From contig CAXGMD010000054.1 of NCBI GenBank assembly GCA_964010765.1, positions 1 through 23,267 on the forward strand: DNA of 23,267 nt, given 5' to 3'. Positions 1 through 9,282 of the stretch are shown here, piece after piece. Numbering within the stretch: the first letter of the stretch is position 1; each line of letters opens with the position of its first letter. Both the position numbers and the translations under genes were made by a program. The stretch is from an uncultured bacterium. Its GTDB lineage: Bacteria > SAR324 > NAC60-12. The notes beneath the pieces were generated by a model, which was given only the letters and a program-made list of their open reading frames with translations, was not told where the DNA came from and did not search any database.

Positions 1-31
1 AGAGCAATCAGATTTTTAGAATTGGTAGTAG

Positions 32-1153
32 CTAGGAGCGATGATCCGCACCAATTGCATCCGAAAGGTGAGCGTAACCATCTTTGTCCAGATGTGTCAG
101 CAGTTCTCGGCAGATTTGATTGGCTAGACCAGGGCCCTGGTAAACAAGCCCTGTGTAGACTTGCAGCAGAGTAGCCCCGGCTTTGATCTTATCGTAGGCA
201 CTTTTACCGTCCTTGATTCCACCGACACCAATCAGTGGAAGCTTTCCTTGAAGTTCCCGATAAAGTTTCGAGAGGATTTGAGTCGATAACGTGTGTAAGG
301 GACGTCCACTCAATCCTCCTGTTTGATGAGCATGAGAAGAGCGTAATTGATTACGTTCAAGAGTCGTATTGGTGGCGATCAAGCCAGCTAGAGGAAATTG
401 GTGGACAACTTCCAGGAGATCGCGAAGGGCCTCATCACTCAGATCAGGAGCAATTTTAAGTAAGATTGGGAGCCGCCGAGGATGTTGTAACTGTAACTCT
501 TGGGCAGTCTGAAACAAGGAATCCAACAGTCGTTGGAGAGCAGTTTTTTCCTGTAGTTCACGGAGATTTGGAGTATTGGGTGAACTGATGTTGACTACAA
601 CGTAATTTGCAGTGTGCCAAACAGCAGTCAGGAGTCGTTGGTAATCCTCAGCAGCTTTTTCGTTGGGAGTGTCTTTGTTTTTGCCAAGGTTGATTCCAAC
701 AATGCCTTGCTTTGGTCTTTGATGTAGACGTTGGAGCAAGGCATCCTGACCTTGGTTGTTGAAACCTAGACGGTTGATCAGTGCCTCATCTTCTAATAGA
801 CGGAAGATTCTTGGAGACTCATTTCCAGGCTGGGGACGAGGCGTAATAGTCCCACATTCCACGAAGCCAAAGCCGAAGGAAAGCAGTGAGTTGTAGACTT
901 TGGCGTTTTTGTCTAAACCAGCTGCGATCCCAACAGGGTTAGGAAATTCCAGACCGAAGCACTCGATTTTTAGGCGATGTAGGTCTGGAACCGGTGGATA
1001 GAAGAGTTTGTAAAGATGCGGACTTCCAAAACGCTCTGCCTGCTCAAGCCAATTCAGGGTCAATTCATGGATCTCTTCTGGATCCTGACGGAAGAGAAAC
1101 GGTCGAATCAGCTTCTGATAGGCTTTGTCAGTTAGTTTCTGGCAGTCCTTCAT
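32..1153 (-). CDS. pyrD: Dihydroorotate dehydrogenase (quinone), class 2
   Basis: 373 aa with class 2 motifs NPVGIAAGLDKNA, GFVECGTITPRPQPGN, INRLGFNN, NISSPNTPNLR (catalytic Ser), LKIAPDL, ATNTT, GGLSG, IGVGGI. Start overlaps the malic enzyme stop (ATGA, 1150-1153). Confidence 0.97.
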   Translation of the reverse strand: MKDCQKLTDKAYQKLIRPFLFRQDPEEIHELTLNWLEQAERFGSPHLYKLFYPPVPDLHRLKIECFGLEFPNPVGIAAGLDKNAKVYNSLLSFGFGFVECGTITPRPQPGNESPRIFRLLEDEALINRLGFNNQGQDALLQRLHQRPKQGIVGINLGKNKDTPNEKAAEDYQRLLTAVWHTANYVVVNISSPNTPNLRELQEKTALQRLLDSLFQTAQELQLQHPRRLPILLKIAPDLSDEALRDLLEVVHQFPLAGLIATNTTLERNQLRSSHAHQTGGLSGRPLHTLSTQILSKLYRELQGKLPLIGVGGIKDGKSAYDKIKAGATLLQVYTGLVYQGPGLANQICRELLTHLDKDGYAHLSDAIGADHRS

Positions 1154-2613
1154 TCTCCATCTTGTTTTGAACTACTGGGAGTCATTCTGATAATTTTTTC
1201 CCGTCGAGCGACTCCAGTATCGATAGCAGCCTGTTGAACAGCTTCGGATACGGCAGGGACAACAGTCTGATCAAAGACACTGGGAATGATATAGTCAGGA
1301 GCTAAGTGATTTTCATCAATACTATGAGCGATTGCTTCAGCTGCCGCCATCTTCATCTCTTCGTTGATGATGGATGAACGGGAGTCAATCGCACCACGGA
1401 AGATGCCCGGGAAACAGAGCACATTATTGATCTGGTTTGGATAGTCGCTGCGACCGGTCGCCATTACAGCGACATAGGGTTGTGCGATTTCCGGCATGAT
1501 TTCGGGATCGGGATTTGCCATCGCAAAGACAATCGGGTCTTTTGCCATGTTCTGTAGATCCTGCTCATCCAGCAGATTGGGTTGCGATACTCCGACAAAT
1601 ACGTCTGCTCCACGAATTACATCTTTCAAAGATCCAGCCTCCCCATCGGGATTGGTATGATCAACAAGCCACTGTTTGTCAGCATTGAGGTTAGTGCGTC
1701 CAGTGTGTAAGGCCCCTTTACTGTCACAACAAACAATATTGGTAATTCCCATCAGCATCATCATCTTGGTGCAGGCCGTACCAGCAGCTCCAGCGCCCGA
1801 AACAACCACCTTGAGGCTTTCCACTTGTTTGCTGACTAACTTCAGAGCATTGATCAAGGCAGCTGTGGTGACGACGGCAGTCCCATGTTGATCATCGTGG
1901 AAGACAGGAATATCCAACTCTTCCTTGAGCCGCTTTTCGATTTCGAAGCAGCGAGGAGCTGCGATGTCTTCCAAGTTAACACCACCAAGACCAGGAGCCA
2001 TCGCTTTGACGATCCGGATGATCTCCTCGGTATCTTGTGTGTCCAGGCAGATGGGCCATGCGTCAATTCCTGCAAATTCCTTAAACAGCATCGCCTTACC
2101 TTCCATCACGGGCATCGCAGCTTTTGGGCCGATGTTTCCGAGTCCAAGCACTGCGGTCCCATCTGTTACGACTGCCACACAATTCCCCTTGATAGTGTAG
2201 CGATAAGTGTCCTCAGGATTGCGATGCAAGGCCATGCAGACACGTGCGACTCCCGGAGTGTAAGCGAGAGACAAATCGTTGCGTGACTTCAGGGGTAATC
2301 GACTCTCAACAGATAGTTTTCCACCTTCATGAACGAGAAACGTTCGATCGTAGAATCGAATGAACTCTGCGTTCTCCAATTGCTTGAGCGCTTCCACAAT
2401 TTTTAATCCATGATCTTCACTATGGGTAAAGATGCTGATGTCCCGCACTAGAGCATCGGAGGTCGGTCTGACGATATCGATCGCATCCAGATTGCCACCC
2501 ATTTCGGAGATAATGTTAGTGATCTTGGCCAACATGCCGATCCTGTTAGCGATCTTAAGCCGTACAATGATGCTGTTGCTGGGATTGGAGGGAAAAGAGC
2601 CAGAAGCGGACAT
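1150..2613 (-). CDS. NAD(P)-dependent malic enzyme with N-terminal ACT domain
   Basis: Motifs DLSLAYTPGVA, VTDGTAVLGLGNIG, PVMEGKA, NLEDIAAP, FHDDQHGTA, GAGAAG, MANPDPEI, ATGRSDYPNQINN. The N-terminal ~80 aa (IANRIGMLAKITNIISEMGGNL) is ACT-like. SD-like AGGT lies before the ATG. Confidence 0.93.
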   Translation of the reverse strand: MSASGSFPSNPSNSIIVRLKIANRIGMLAKITNIISEMGGNLDAIDIVRPTSDALVRDISIFTHSEDHGLKIVEALKQLENAEFIRFYDRTFLVHEGGKLSVESRLPLKSRNDLSLAYTPGVARVCMALHRNPEDTYRYTIKGNCVAVVTDGTAVLGLGNIGPKAAMPVMEGKAMLFKEFAGIDAWPICLDTQDTEEIIRIVKAMAPGLGGVNLEDIAAPRCFEIEKRLKEELDIPVFHDDQHGTAVVTTAALINALKLVSKQVESLKVVVSGAGAAGTACTKMMMLMGITNIVCCDSKGALHTGRTNLNADKQWLVDHTNPDGEAGSLKDVIRGADVFVGVSQPNLLDEQDLQNMAKDPIVFAMANPDPEIMPEIAQPYVAVMATGRSDYPNQINNVLCFPGIFRGAIDSRSSIINEEMKMAAAEAIAHSIDENHLAPDYIIPSVFDQTVVPAVSEAVQQAAIDTGVARREKIIRMTPSSSKQDGE

Positions 2614-2726
2614 GGAACCTCAATACGCTGAGTAAAAGTGCGGAAGAGCCGGAAAATTTGGGGTGTCCGGGTAGATTGCTATCTCATCCATTCCGTTGAA
2701 GTTTGGATGGCAAGTCAAGGTCTTTA

Positions 2727-3863
2727 TCAGGTGTAAATTCCCTTGGGAGGAGAGCGGAGCTTCCACTTTTCTAACTCTTCCAAAGCCTCGTCCAAGGAAG
2801 CTGAACAAAGATTGAGGTGAGCCATTTTGCGTCCCGGTCGCGCTTCGGCTTTTCCATACCAGTGCAGATGTGCTTCAGCTGGCAGACCAGCATGCCACAC
2901 TTGAAGAGCTGGAATGTGCTCGCCAAGCAGGTTCAACATAACGGTTGGAGAGTGTAACTTTGGTTCTCTGAGAGGCCAGCCACAGATAGCTCTGAGGTGC
3001 TGCTCAAATTGGCAAACATTGGTGCCGTCCTGAGTGTAATGTCCTGAATTATGAGGTCTTGGCGCGAGTTCATTGACCAATAATTGGCCATCTGGCATCA
3101 CAAACATTTCGATAGCAAGCATGCCGTGCAGCTGCAACCCCTGAGCGATTTTAGTTGCAATGTTCAGTGCTTTTCGATTCAAGTCTTCACTGATCCGGGC
3201 GGGTACCAATGAACTTGCCAGAATCCCTGCCTCGTGAACATTTTCCACAACTGGAAAACAATGAATTTCACCCTTTGTGGATCGGGCAACTAGCACAGAG
3301 ATCTCTCGCTCAAAAGGTAGCCAACCTTCAGCAATCAACCCTCGCTGGTCGCCTTGTAAGTCCTGAAAAGCAGCTTCTGCATCAGCTACTTCGTCTACCT
3401 TCCTTTGGCCTTTGCCGTCATAGCCACCCATACAGGTTTTGAGCAGAATGGGAGTCTGCCACTGCTGGAGGCATTCTTCTAGTGCTCCAGCAGAAGCCAC
3501 ACTCTGAAAGGGAGCTGTTGCAATTGAGAGCTTTTGTAGGGTTTGCTTCTCACGAATGCGATGCTGGCAGATCGATAACAAGGAGCTGCCCTGTGGCAAA
3601 GAAACCTTCTGCTCTAGTTCTGCAACCAAAGGATAGGGAATGTTCTCGAATTCATAGGTGACCAAGTCGGAGTTTCTGGCGAATTCCTCAAGGGTTTCTT
3701 TTGAATCGTAAGGTTTACAAAAATGTCTGGTAGAAAGCCTACCGGCTGGACTGCCGGGGTCTGGATCCCAAACAACAAAGCGTAGCCCGAGAGGTAGGCC
3801 TGCTAGGATCAGCATTTGTCCAAGTTGACCACCTCCCAGTAGCCCAATGGTTGGGCCCATCAT
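2727..3863 (-). CDS. purK: N5-carboxyaminoimidazole ribonucleotide synthase
   Basis: [68 protein letters not shown] overlap with the purE stop. Confidence 0.97.
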   Translation of the reverse strand: MMGPTIGLLGGGQLGQMLILAGLPLGLRFVVWDPDPGSPAGRLSTRHFCKPYDSKETLEEFARNSDLVTYEFENIPYPLVAELEQKVSLPQGSSLLSICQHRIREKQTLQKLSIATAPFQSVASAGALEECLQQWQTPILLKTCMGGYDGKGQRKVDEVADAEAAFQDLQGDQRGLIAEGWLPFEREISVLVARSTKGEIHCFPVVENVHEAGILASSLVPARISEDLNRKALNIATKIAQGLQLHGMLAIEMFVMPDGQLLVNELAPRPHNSGHYTQDGTNVCQFEQHLRAICGWPLREPKLHSPTVMLNLLGEHIPALQVWHAGLPAEAHLHWYGKAEARPGRKMAHLNLCSASLDEALEELEKWKLRSPPKGIYT

Positions 3864-4342
3864 GGTAATTCTGTTGCTAGAACAGTATCACGAGTTTGGT
3901 TCCGCCAGTCCTCCAAGCGAGCGTGCAGATCCTGATTATAGACGGCGAGCATCTGGACAGCGAGCAAACCAGCGTTGAACGCACCTGCCTCACCAATGGC
4001 AACGGTGGCGACAGGAACTCCACGGGGCATTTGCACAATGGATAGAAGTGAGTCCAAGCCGCTCAATGATGAAGATTTGACAGGAACCCCGATCACGGGA
4101 ACCAGAGTTTGAGCTGCAACCATTCCCGGCAAATGTGCGGCTCCCCCAGCCCCAGCGATGATAACTCTTAGGCCTCTTTTGGCAGCCTGATTCGCGTATT
4201 CTGCCATCAATTGAGGTGTGCGATGAGCTGACACAATGCGTTTTTCAAATTGCACATCAAACTGTGCGAGAGCCTCACAGGCGTGCCGCATCGTTTCCCA
4301 GTCCGATTTGCTACCCATTATGACTCCAACCTCAATCGTCAT
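3860..4342 (-). CDS. purE: N5-CAIR mutase
   Basis: [56 protein letters not shown]. Start moved from 4366 to the ATG at 4342, which has a GGAG SD 8 nt upstream; 160 aa. Confidence 0.97.
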   Translation of the reverse strand: MTIEVGVIMGSKSDWETMRHACEALAQFDVQFEKRIVSAHRTPQLMAEYANQAAKRGLRVIIAGAGGAAHLPGMVAAQTLVPVIGVPVKSSSLSGLDSLLSIVQMPRGVPVATVAIGEAGAFNAGLLAVQMLAVYNQDLHARLEDWRNQTRDTVLATELP

Positions 4343-4425
4343 GACGGCTTCTCCATACTGTTTCAATGTTTATTCAACCAAGTTTAAAAATCGTATTTGT
4401 AATCCGTTTCATACACCAATATCGT

Positions 4426-5676
4426 TCAGCCTTGATTTGCTTTGCGCTCACGTAGCCTTTGCCAGTAAGCCAGGCGTTTGGCAATTTCTCTTTCATAGCC
4501 TCGCTCCACAGGCGCATAGAGTTGTTTACGAGGAATTTCATCCGGGAAACAATTCTGTCCCGAAAAACCATCTGGATCGTCGTGGTCATATTGGTAGCCC
4601 TGAGCGTATCCTTCCTCACGCATCAGCTTCGTTGGAGCATTCAAAATGTGCTTGGGTGGCATGAGCGAACCATACTGCTGAGCTAGCTGCTGGGCCTGCT
4701 TCCAAGCCAGATAGGCAGCATTTGATTTGGGTGCTGTAGCCAGAAAAATTGTAAGTTGCACCAAAGCCAGATCTCCCTCAGGACTACCCAGTCGCTCATA
4801 ACAATTCCAAGCTTCCAAGGCTCGTCCCATTGCTTCAGGGGCCGCCAACCCAACATCTTCAACCGCCATCCTGGTCAATCTCCGCAGAATGTAAGCCTTG
4901 TCTTCACCACCAATCATCATTCTCGCCAACCAATACAGGGCAGCGTCACAATCGGAGGCTCGTAAGGATTTGTGTAGCGCTGAGATCAAATTGTAGTGCT
5001 GGTCCCCAGCTCGATCATACTGCGGTGCCCGATGGCGTACCAACTCCAGCATTTGATCTGTGTCCAGTTTGGTGGCTTCTGGTTGATCATAGAGAATTTC
5101 TGCCAGATTTAGTAGGTAACGTCCATCTCCATCAGCGAGTTGCAGTAACTTTTCACGAGCAGTTGCTTCGAGTGGAAGTGGTCGCTTGATGTGATCTGCC
5201 GCACGTTTCAGCAGGGACTCTAGTGCATCCTTGTCCAATGGCTTGAGGCTGAGTACCTGAGTGCGTGAGAGCAAGGCAGCATTCAATGAGAATGAAGGGT
5301 TCTCCGTGGTGGCCCCGATCAACCGGAGGAGTCCTTCCTCAATCGCTGAGAGCAACGCATCTTGCTGGCCTCGATTGAAACGATGAATTTCATCAACGAA
5401 CAGAATCGATTTTGAAGTGAGTAAGGACACTTCCTCGGCCTGACGAAAAACTTTTCGTAACTCCGCAACACCGTCATAGACCGCAGAGATGGCAAAAAAT
5501 CGAATACCTGGCTGCTCCCCGATGATCCTTGCGATGGTTGTCTTGCCACACCCGGGTGGACCCCAAAGGATGAAGGATCCTTTTTGTAACAGAGCCTGTT
5601 GGTGGGCCAAGAGGTGCTCCTGACCAAAGACCTCCTCTAGTTTTTTGGGGCGTAGCAACTTGGCTAACGGATCCAT
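4426..5676 (-). CDS. rarA: Replication-associated recombination protein A (AAA+ ATPase, MgsA/RarA)
   Basis: PLAKLLRP, Walker A GPPGCGKTT, LFVDEIHRFN, IGATTENPSF, ALLSR, YNLISALHKSLR, EDVGLA, APKSNAAY, GYQYDHD. Confidence 0.96.
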   Translation of the reverse strand: MDPLAKLLRPKKLEEVFGQEHLLAHQQALLQKGSFILWGPPGCGKTTIARIIGEQPGIRFFAISAVYDGVAELRKVFRQAEEVSLLTSKSILFVDEIHRFNRGQQDALLSAIEEGLLRLIGATTENPSFSLNAALLSRTQVLSLKPLDKDALESLLKRAADHIKRPLPLEATAREKLLQLADGDGRYLLNLAEILYDQPEATKLDTDQMLELVRHRAPQYDRAGDQHYNLISALHKSLRASDCDAALYWLARMMIGGEDKAYILRRLTRMAVEDVGLAAPEAMGRALEAWNCYERLGSPEGDLALVQLTIFLATAPKSNAAYLAWKQAQQLAQQYGSLMPPKHILNAPTKLMREEGYAQGYQYDHDDPDGFSGQNCFPDEIPRKQLYAPVERGYEREIAKRLAYWQRLRERKANQG

Positions 5677-5733
5677 TTTTTGACTCTTTCTGAGGAAAAA
5701 TCAAAAATCGTGGCGTTTGCTCTGATTTGGGCG

Positions 5734-5762
5734 TTGCCTTCCTTCGTCCAGAGCGCTACGAT
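5734..5762 (+). promoter_or_regulatory. Candidate sigma70-type promoter for the plus-strand sugar gene block
   Basis: TTGCCT (5734-5739), 17-nt spacer, TACGAT (5757-5762), in the divergent intergenic region ~100 bp upstream of the ATG at 5860. Motif match only. Confidence 0.4.
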
Positions 5763-5859
5763 TCGGCCGTTTGCTCCCTTGTGGGCTTCTCCTCTAAATC
5801 CATCCCAAGGTCTTAATTCTTTGGGACGAAATTGCATCACGCCAACTGTGGAGTTTCTC

Positions 5860-6915
5860 ATGAAAACCATTAAAGGTCCCGCTATCTTCTTGGCCCAATT
5901 TGCGGGCGATCAGGCACCGTTCAACAGCTTTGACAGCATTTGTCAGTGGGTTTCCGGTCTCGGCTACAAAGGAGTTCAGGTGCCGAGTTGGGACAAGCGA
6001 CTCTTCGATCTGGAAAAAGCAGCAGCTTCCAAGACCTACTGTGATGAGGTCGCCGGGGTTGCGGCTTCTCATGGACTGAAAATCACTGAACTCTCCACGC
6101 ACCTACAAGGCCAACTCGTGGCCGTTCATCCGGCTTATGATGACGCATTCGACGGGTTTGCAGCACCTGAAGTTCGTGGTAACCCACAAGCCAGACAAGA
6201 GTGGGCTGTCAATCAGTTGTTTATGGCAGCTCAGGCTTCCCAACACCTTGGACTGACTGCACACGCTACCTTCTCAGGAGCATTGGCGTGGCCCTACATG
6301 TATCCCTGGCCACAGCGACCTGCAGGACTTGTCGAGACGGCCTTTGATGAGTTGGCCAAGCGTTGGACCCCCATCCTCAATGCGTTTGAAAATGCCGGAG
6401 TTGATGTTTGCTACGAAATTCATCCAGGCGAAGATCTCCATGATGGAGTGACCTTTGAAATGCTGCTAGAACGAACGGGCAATCACCCCCGCTGTCGAAT
6501 GCTTTATGATCCCAGTCACTATGTCCTGCAAGCCTTGGACTATCTGGAGCACATCGACATCTATCACGACATGATCAAGATCTTCCATGTCAAGGATGCA
6601 GAATTCAACCCGACTGGTCGACAAGGAGTTTATGGTGGTTACCAGTCTTGGGTCAACCGTGCAGGTCGTTTCCGCTCTCTCGGGGATGGACAGGTGGACT
6701 TCCCAGGGATCTTCTCCAAGATGGCTCAGTATGACTTTCCAGGCTGGGCAGTGCTGGAGTGGGAATGTTGTCTGAAGCATCCCGAACAAGGTGCTGCGGA
6801 AGGTGCTCCCTTCATTCAACGCCATATCATCGAGGTTACCGAAAAGGCCTTTGATGACTTCGCGGATGGTGGGACAGATGAGGCAGCGAATCGGCGGATG
6901 CTGGGTCTAAACTAA
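5860..6915 (+). CDS. Xylose-isomerase-like TIM-barrel (AP_endonuc_2) sugar isomerase/hydratase; probable 2-hydroxy-3-keto-glucal hydratase-like enzyme
   Basis: Start at MKTIKGPAIFLAQF (GGAG SD at 5850-5853); 351 aa. Metal-ligand pattern CYEIHPG, LYDPSH, FHVKD, RFRSLGDG, VLEWE. The family call is secure; the specific activity is recalled similarity, not a search result. Confidence 0.85.
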   Translation: MKTIKGPAIFLAQFAGDQAPFNSFDSICQWVSGLGYKGVQVPSWDKRLFDLEKAAASKTYCDEVAGVAASHGLKITELSTHLQGQLVAVHPAYDDAFDGFAAPEVRGNPQARQEWAVNQLFMAAQASQHLGLTAHATFSGALAWPYMYPWPQRPAGLVETAFDELAKRWTPILNAFENAGVDVCYEIHPGEDLHDGVTFEMLLERTGNHPRCRMLYDPSHYVLQALDYLEHIDIYHDMIKIFHVKDAEFNPTGRQGVYGGYQSWVNRAGRFRSLGDGQVDFPGIFSKMAQYDFPGWAVLEWECCLKHPEQGAAEGAPFIQRHIIEVTEKAFDDFADGGTDEAANRRMLGLN

Positions 6916-6941
6916 AAGGCAGTCTAGCTACCGAAAACACA

Positions 6942-7844
6942 ATGGAACACGATCACGCACACCATGTTGGTGATTACAACCGAGCTTTTGCGCTGGGGGT
7001 AACGCTGAACTTGGGATTCGTGATCGTAGAGTTCTTTTTCGGGTTACTCTCAGATTCGCTCGCTTTACTGGCAGATGCTGGTCATAACCTGAGTGATGTT
7101 GCAGGATTACTGCTTGCCTGGGGCGCAAGTTATCTGGCAAAAGCTCCTGCCACAGCAAATCGAACTTACGGATGGCGCAAGGTGCCTGTGATGGCTTCCT
7201 TATTGAGTTCGTTGATGCTGCTGGTTGCCACAGGTGCCCTTGGCTGGGAAGCCTTTCAGCGACTCTTTGCACCACAATCGGTGACAAGCTTGACCGTCAT
7301 TGTGGTGGCTGGAGTTGGAGTGCTGGTCAATACAGTGACGGCTCTGCTGTTCGTGAGTGGTCAACACCATGACCTCAATTTACGGGCTGCTTTTCTGCAC
7401 ATGGCGGCGGATGCGGGGATCTCACTAGCGGTTGTGCTTGGTGGGCTGCTAATGCTTTGGCAGGAATTGCCCTGGGTTGATCCAGTCCTGTGTCTGCTGG
7501 TGGCCAGTTTCATCATTTTCAGCAGTTGGAGCCTACTCAAAGATTCCCTAGATTACGCATTGGATGCAGTACCTCGAAACATTGATGTACAAGGCATTCG
7601 CCAGTATCTGGCTAACTTGGAACAGGTAGACCGTCTGCATGATCTGCATGTTTGGCCGTTGAGTACCAGTGAGGTCGCACTGACCGTTCATTTGGTGGTA
7701 CATCAGCAATCACTGGACAACGGCTTGCTCCACCAGATTCAGCAGCATCTGCATGATCACTTTGAGATTGACCATGCAACCATCCAGCTTGAATCCTCGC
7801 TCGAAGAATCAAACTGCCTGTTGGCTCCGACAACCTGCCACTGA
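6942..7844 (+). CDS. czcD: Cation diffusion facilitator, Zn/Co/Cd exporter (CzcD/ZitB type)
   Basis: His-rich N-terminus MEHDHAHH, SLALLADAGHNLSD (TM2 HxxxD), NLRAAFLHMAAD (TM5 HxxxD), six hydrophobic segments, C-terminal LHDLHVW and HATIQ. Confidence 0.92.
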   Translation: MEHDHAHHVGDYNRAFALGVTLNLGFVIVEFFFGLLSDSLALLADAGHNLSDVAGLLLAWGASYLAKAPATANRTYGWRKVPVMASLLSSLMLLVATGALGWEAFQRLFAPQSVTSLTVIVVAGVGVLVNTVTALLFVSGQHHDLNLRAAFLHMAADAGISLAVVLGGLLMLWQELPWVDPVLCLLVASFIIFSSWSLLKDSLDYALDAVPRNIDVQGIRQYLANLEQVDRLHDLHVWPLSTSEVALTVHLVVHQQSLDNGLLHQIQQHLHDHFEIDHATIQLESSLEESNCLLAPTTCH

Positions 7845-7888
7845 TCAAAGAATCCATTTATCACTACAACAAATTCTTGGAGGATTAC

Positions 7889-9067
7889 ATGTCGATTGAA
7901 GCGCATGAAACCAATTCGAACTTCCGACGCATTCCCTATGGAATGGTGGGTGGTGGAGAAGGCGCCTTTATTGGAGCAGTACATCGCATTGCGGCTCGCA
8001 TTGATGACCGTTTTGAGCTGGTTGCAGGGGCTTTGAGTTCAGAAGCCGAGCGTTCGAAGCGCTCCGGTCAAGCCATTGGAATTACCTCGGATCGTTGTTA
8101 CGGAAGCTACCACGAAATGGCTCAGCAGGAAGCGGCTCGTCCTGATGGAATTGAGGCAGTCGTGATCGTTACCCCAAATCATCTGCATGTCCCGATTGCC
8201 AAAGCCTTTCTGGAAGCTGGGATCCACGTGATTTGTGACAAACCGTTGGCTGCTCATCTTGCGGACACCGAGGGACTATCTGAACTGGTTAAGGAGAAAG
8301 GTCGTCTTTTTGCCGTAACTTACAACTACAGCGGTTATCCGTTGATTCGACATGCTCGTGAAATCATCGCTAGTGGAGAGCTTGGAAAGATTCGGGTGGT
8401 TCAAGCGGAATATCCGCAGGATTGGCTGAGCGAAAAGTTGGAAGACACCGGGCAAAAGCAAGCTTCCTGGCGAACAGATCCGAATCAGGCCGGAGGAGGT
8501 GGATGTCTTGGAGATATTGGAACCCATGCCTTCCATTTAGCCTGTTTCGTCTCGGGACTTGCGCCAGTGAGTGTGTTGGCAGACCTGAATTCCTTTGTTG
8601 ATGGAAGGCAGCTCGATGATAACGTCCACGTGCTGCTACGCTTTGAAGGGGGCGCCAAAGGTATGCTTTGGGCTAGTCAAGTGGCCCCTGGAAATGAAAA
8701 TGGACTACGTCTGCGGATTTATGGAGAAAAAGCCGGCCTGAGTTGGTCTCAGGAAAACCCTAATTATTTAACGTTCTCCCCTCTTGGGGAAACTTCTCGC
8801 CTGCTTGGACGAGGCGGTCCTGGCCTGACAGGTGCGGCTGAAAGGGTCACCAGAATTCCACCAGGGCATCCTGAGGGCTACCTCGAAGGTTTTGCTACCA
8901 TCTATCGTGAAGTGGCTGATGCAATTGAAGCCAAGCGTAACGGAAAAGATCAACCAGATGAGGTGATTTTCCCCGATCTGGAAGAAGGTCTACAAGGGAT
9001 GCGCTTTGTTGATGCCGTGTTGCGTTCCCACAAAAATGGCGGAGTGTGGACTTCACTAAACAGCTGA
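7889..9067 (+). CDS. Gfo/Idh/MocA-family NAD(P)-dependent sugar oxidoreductase
   Basis: GMVGGGEGAFIGAVH, IVTPNHLH, HVICDKPLA, GGCLGDIGTHA. The ATG at 7889 follows a GGAGG SD and is preferred over the TTG at 7877. Confidence 0.92.
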   Translation: MSIEAHETNSNFRRIPYGMVGGGEGAFIGAVHRIAARIDDRFELVAGALSSEAERSKRSGQAIGITSDRCYGSYHEMAQQEAARPDGIEAVVIVTPNHLHVPIAKAFLEAGIHVICDKPLAAHLADTEGLSELVKEKGRLFAVTYNYSGYPLIRHAREIIASGELGKIRVVQAEYPQDWLSEKLEDTGQKQASWRTDPNQAGGGGCLGDIGTHAFHLACFVSGLAPVSVLADLNSFVDGRQLDDNVHVLLRFEGGAKGMLWASQVAPGNENGLRLRIYGEKAGLSWSQENPNYLTFSPLGETSRLLGRGGPGLTGAAERVTRIPPGHPEGYLEGFATIYREVADAIEAKRNGKDQPDEVIFPDLEEGLQGMRFVDAVLRSHKNGGVWTSLNS

Positions 9068-9148
9068 CATTTTCCCTTTCCAACCTCCATTCTATCTGAT
9101 TGTGCAAGTGCGAAATTTGTGTTCGGCGTATTTTTTTCTTTCTTTTGT

Positions 9149-9167
9149 TTAGTTTTACGTTTACTAA
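9149..9167. promoter_or_regulatory. Candidate operator palindrome upstream of the ABC operon
   Basis: TTAGT-TTTACGTTT-ACTAA inverted repeat in a T-rich stretch ~115 bp before the binding-protein start. Confidence 0.3.
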
Positions 9168-9282
9168 TTTAGCGCCTTGCGCAACAGACCGGAGTCGATT
9201 CCGGAGCCTGGAACAAGCGACAACTGTTCACCCGGAATCATTTCAGATCGGGTGATGGGATCTCCTTAACAAGAGAGGAATC

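Noticed and set aside
2620..2808. 62-aa minus-strand ORF between purK and the malic enzyme
   Set aside because: It overlaps the purK 3' end out of frame, has no motif, and the remainder is a normal-sized intergenic spacer.
5680..5859. 60-aa N-terminal extension of the TIM-barrel ORF that looks like a signal peptide
   Set aside because: TTG start abuts the divergent rarA start and would erase the promoter region; the ATG at 5860 has a GGAG SD and a family-typical N-terminus.
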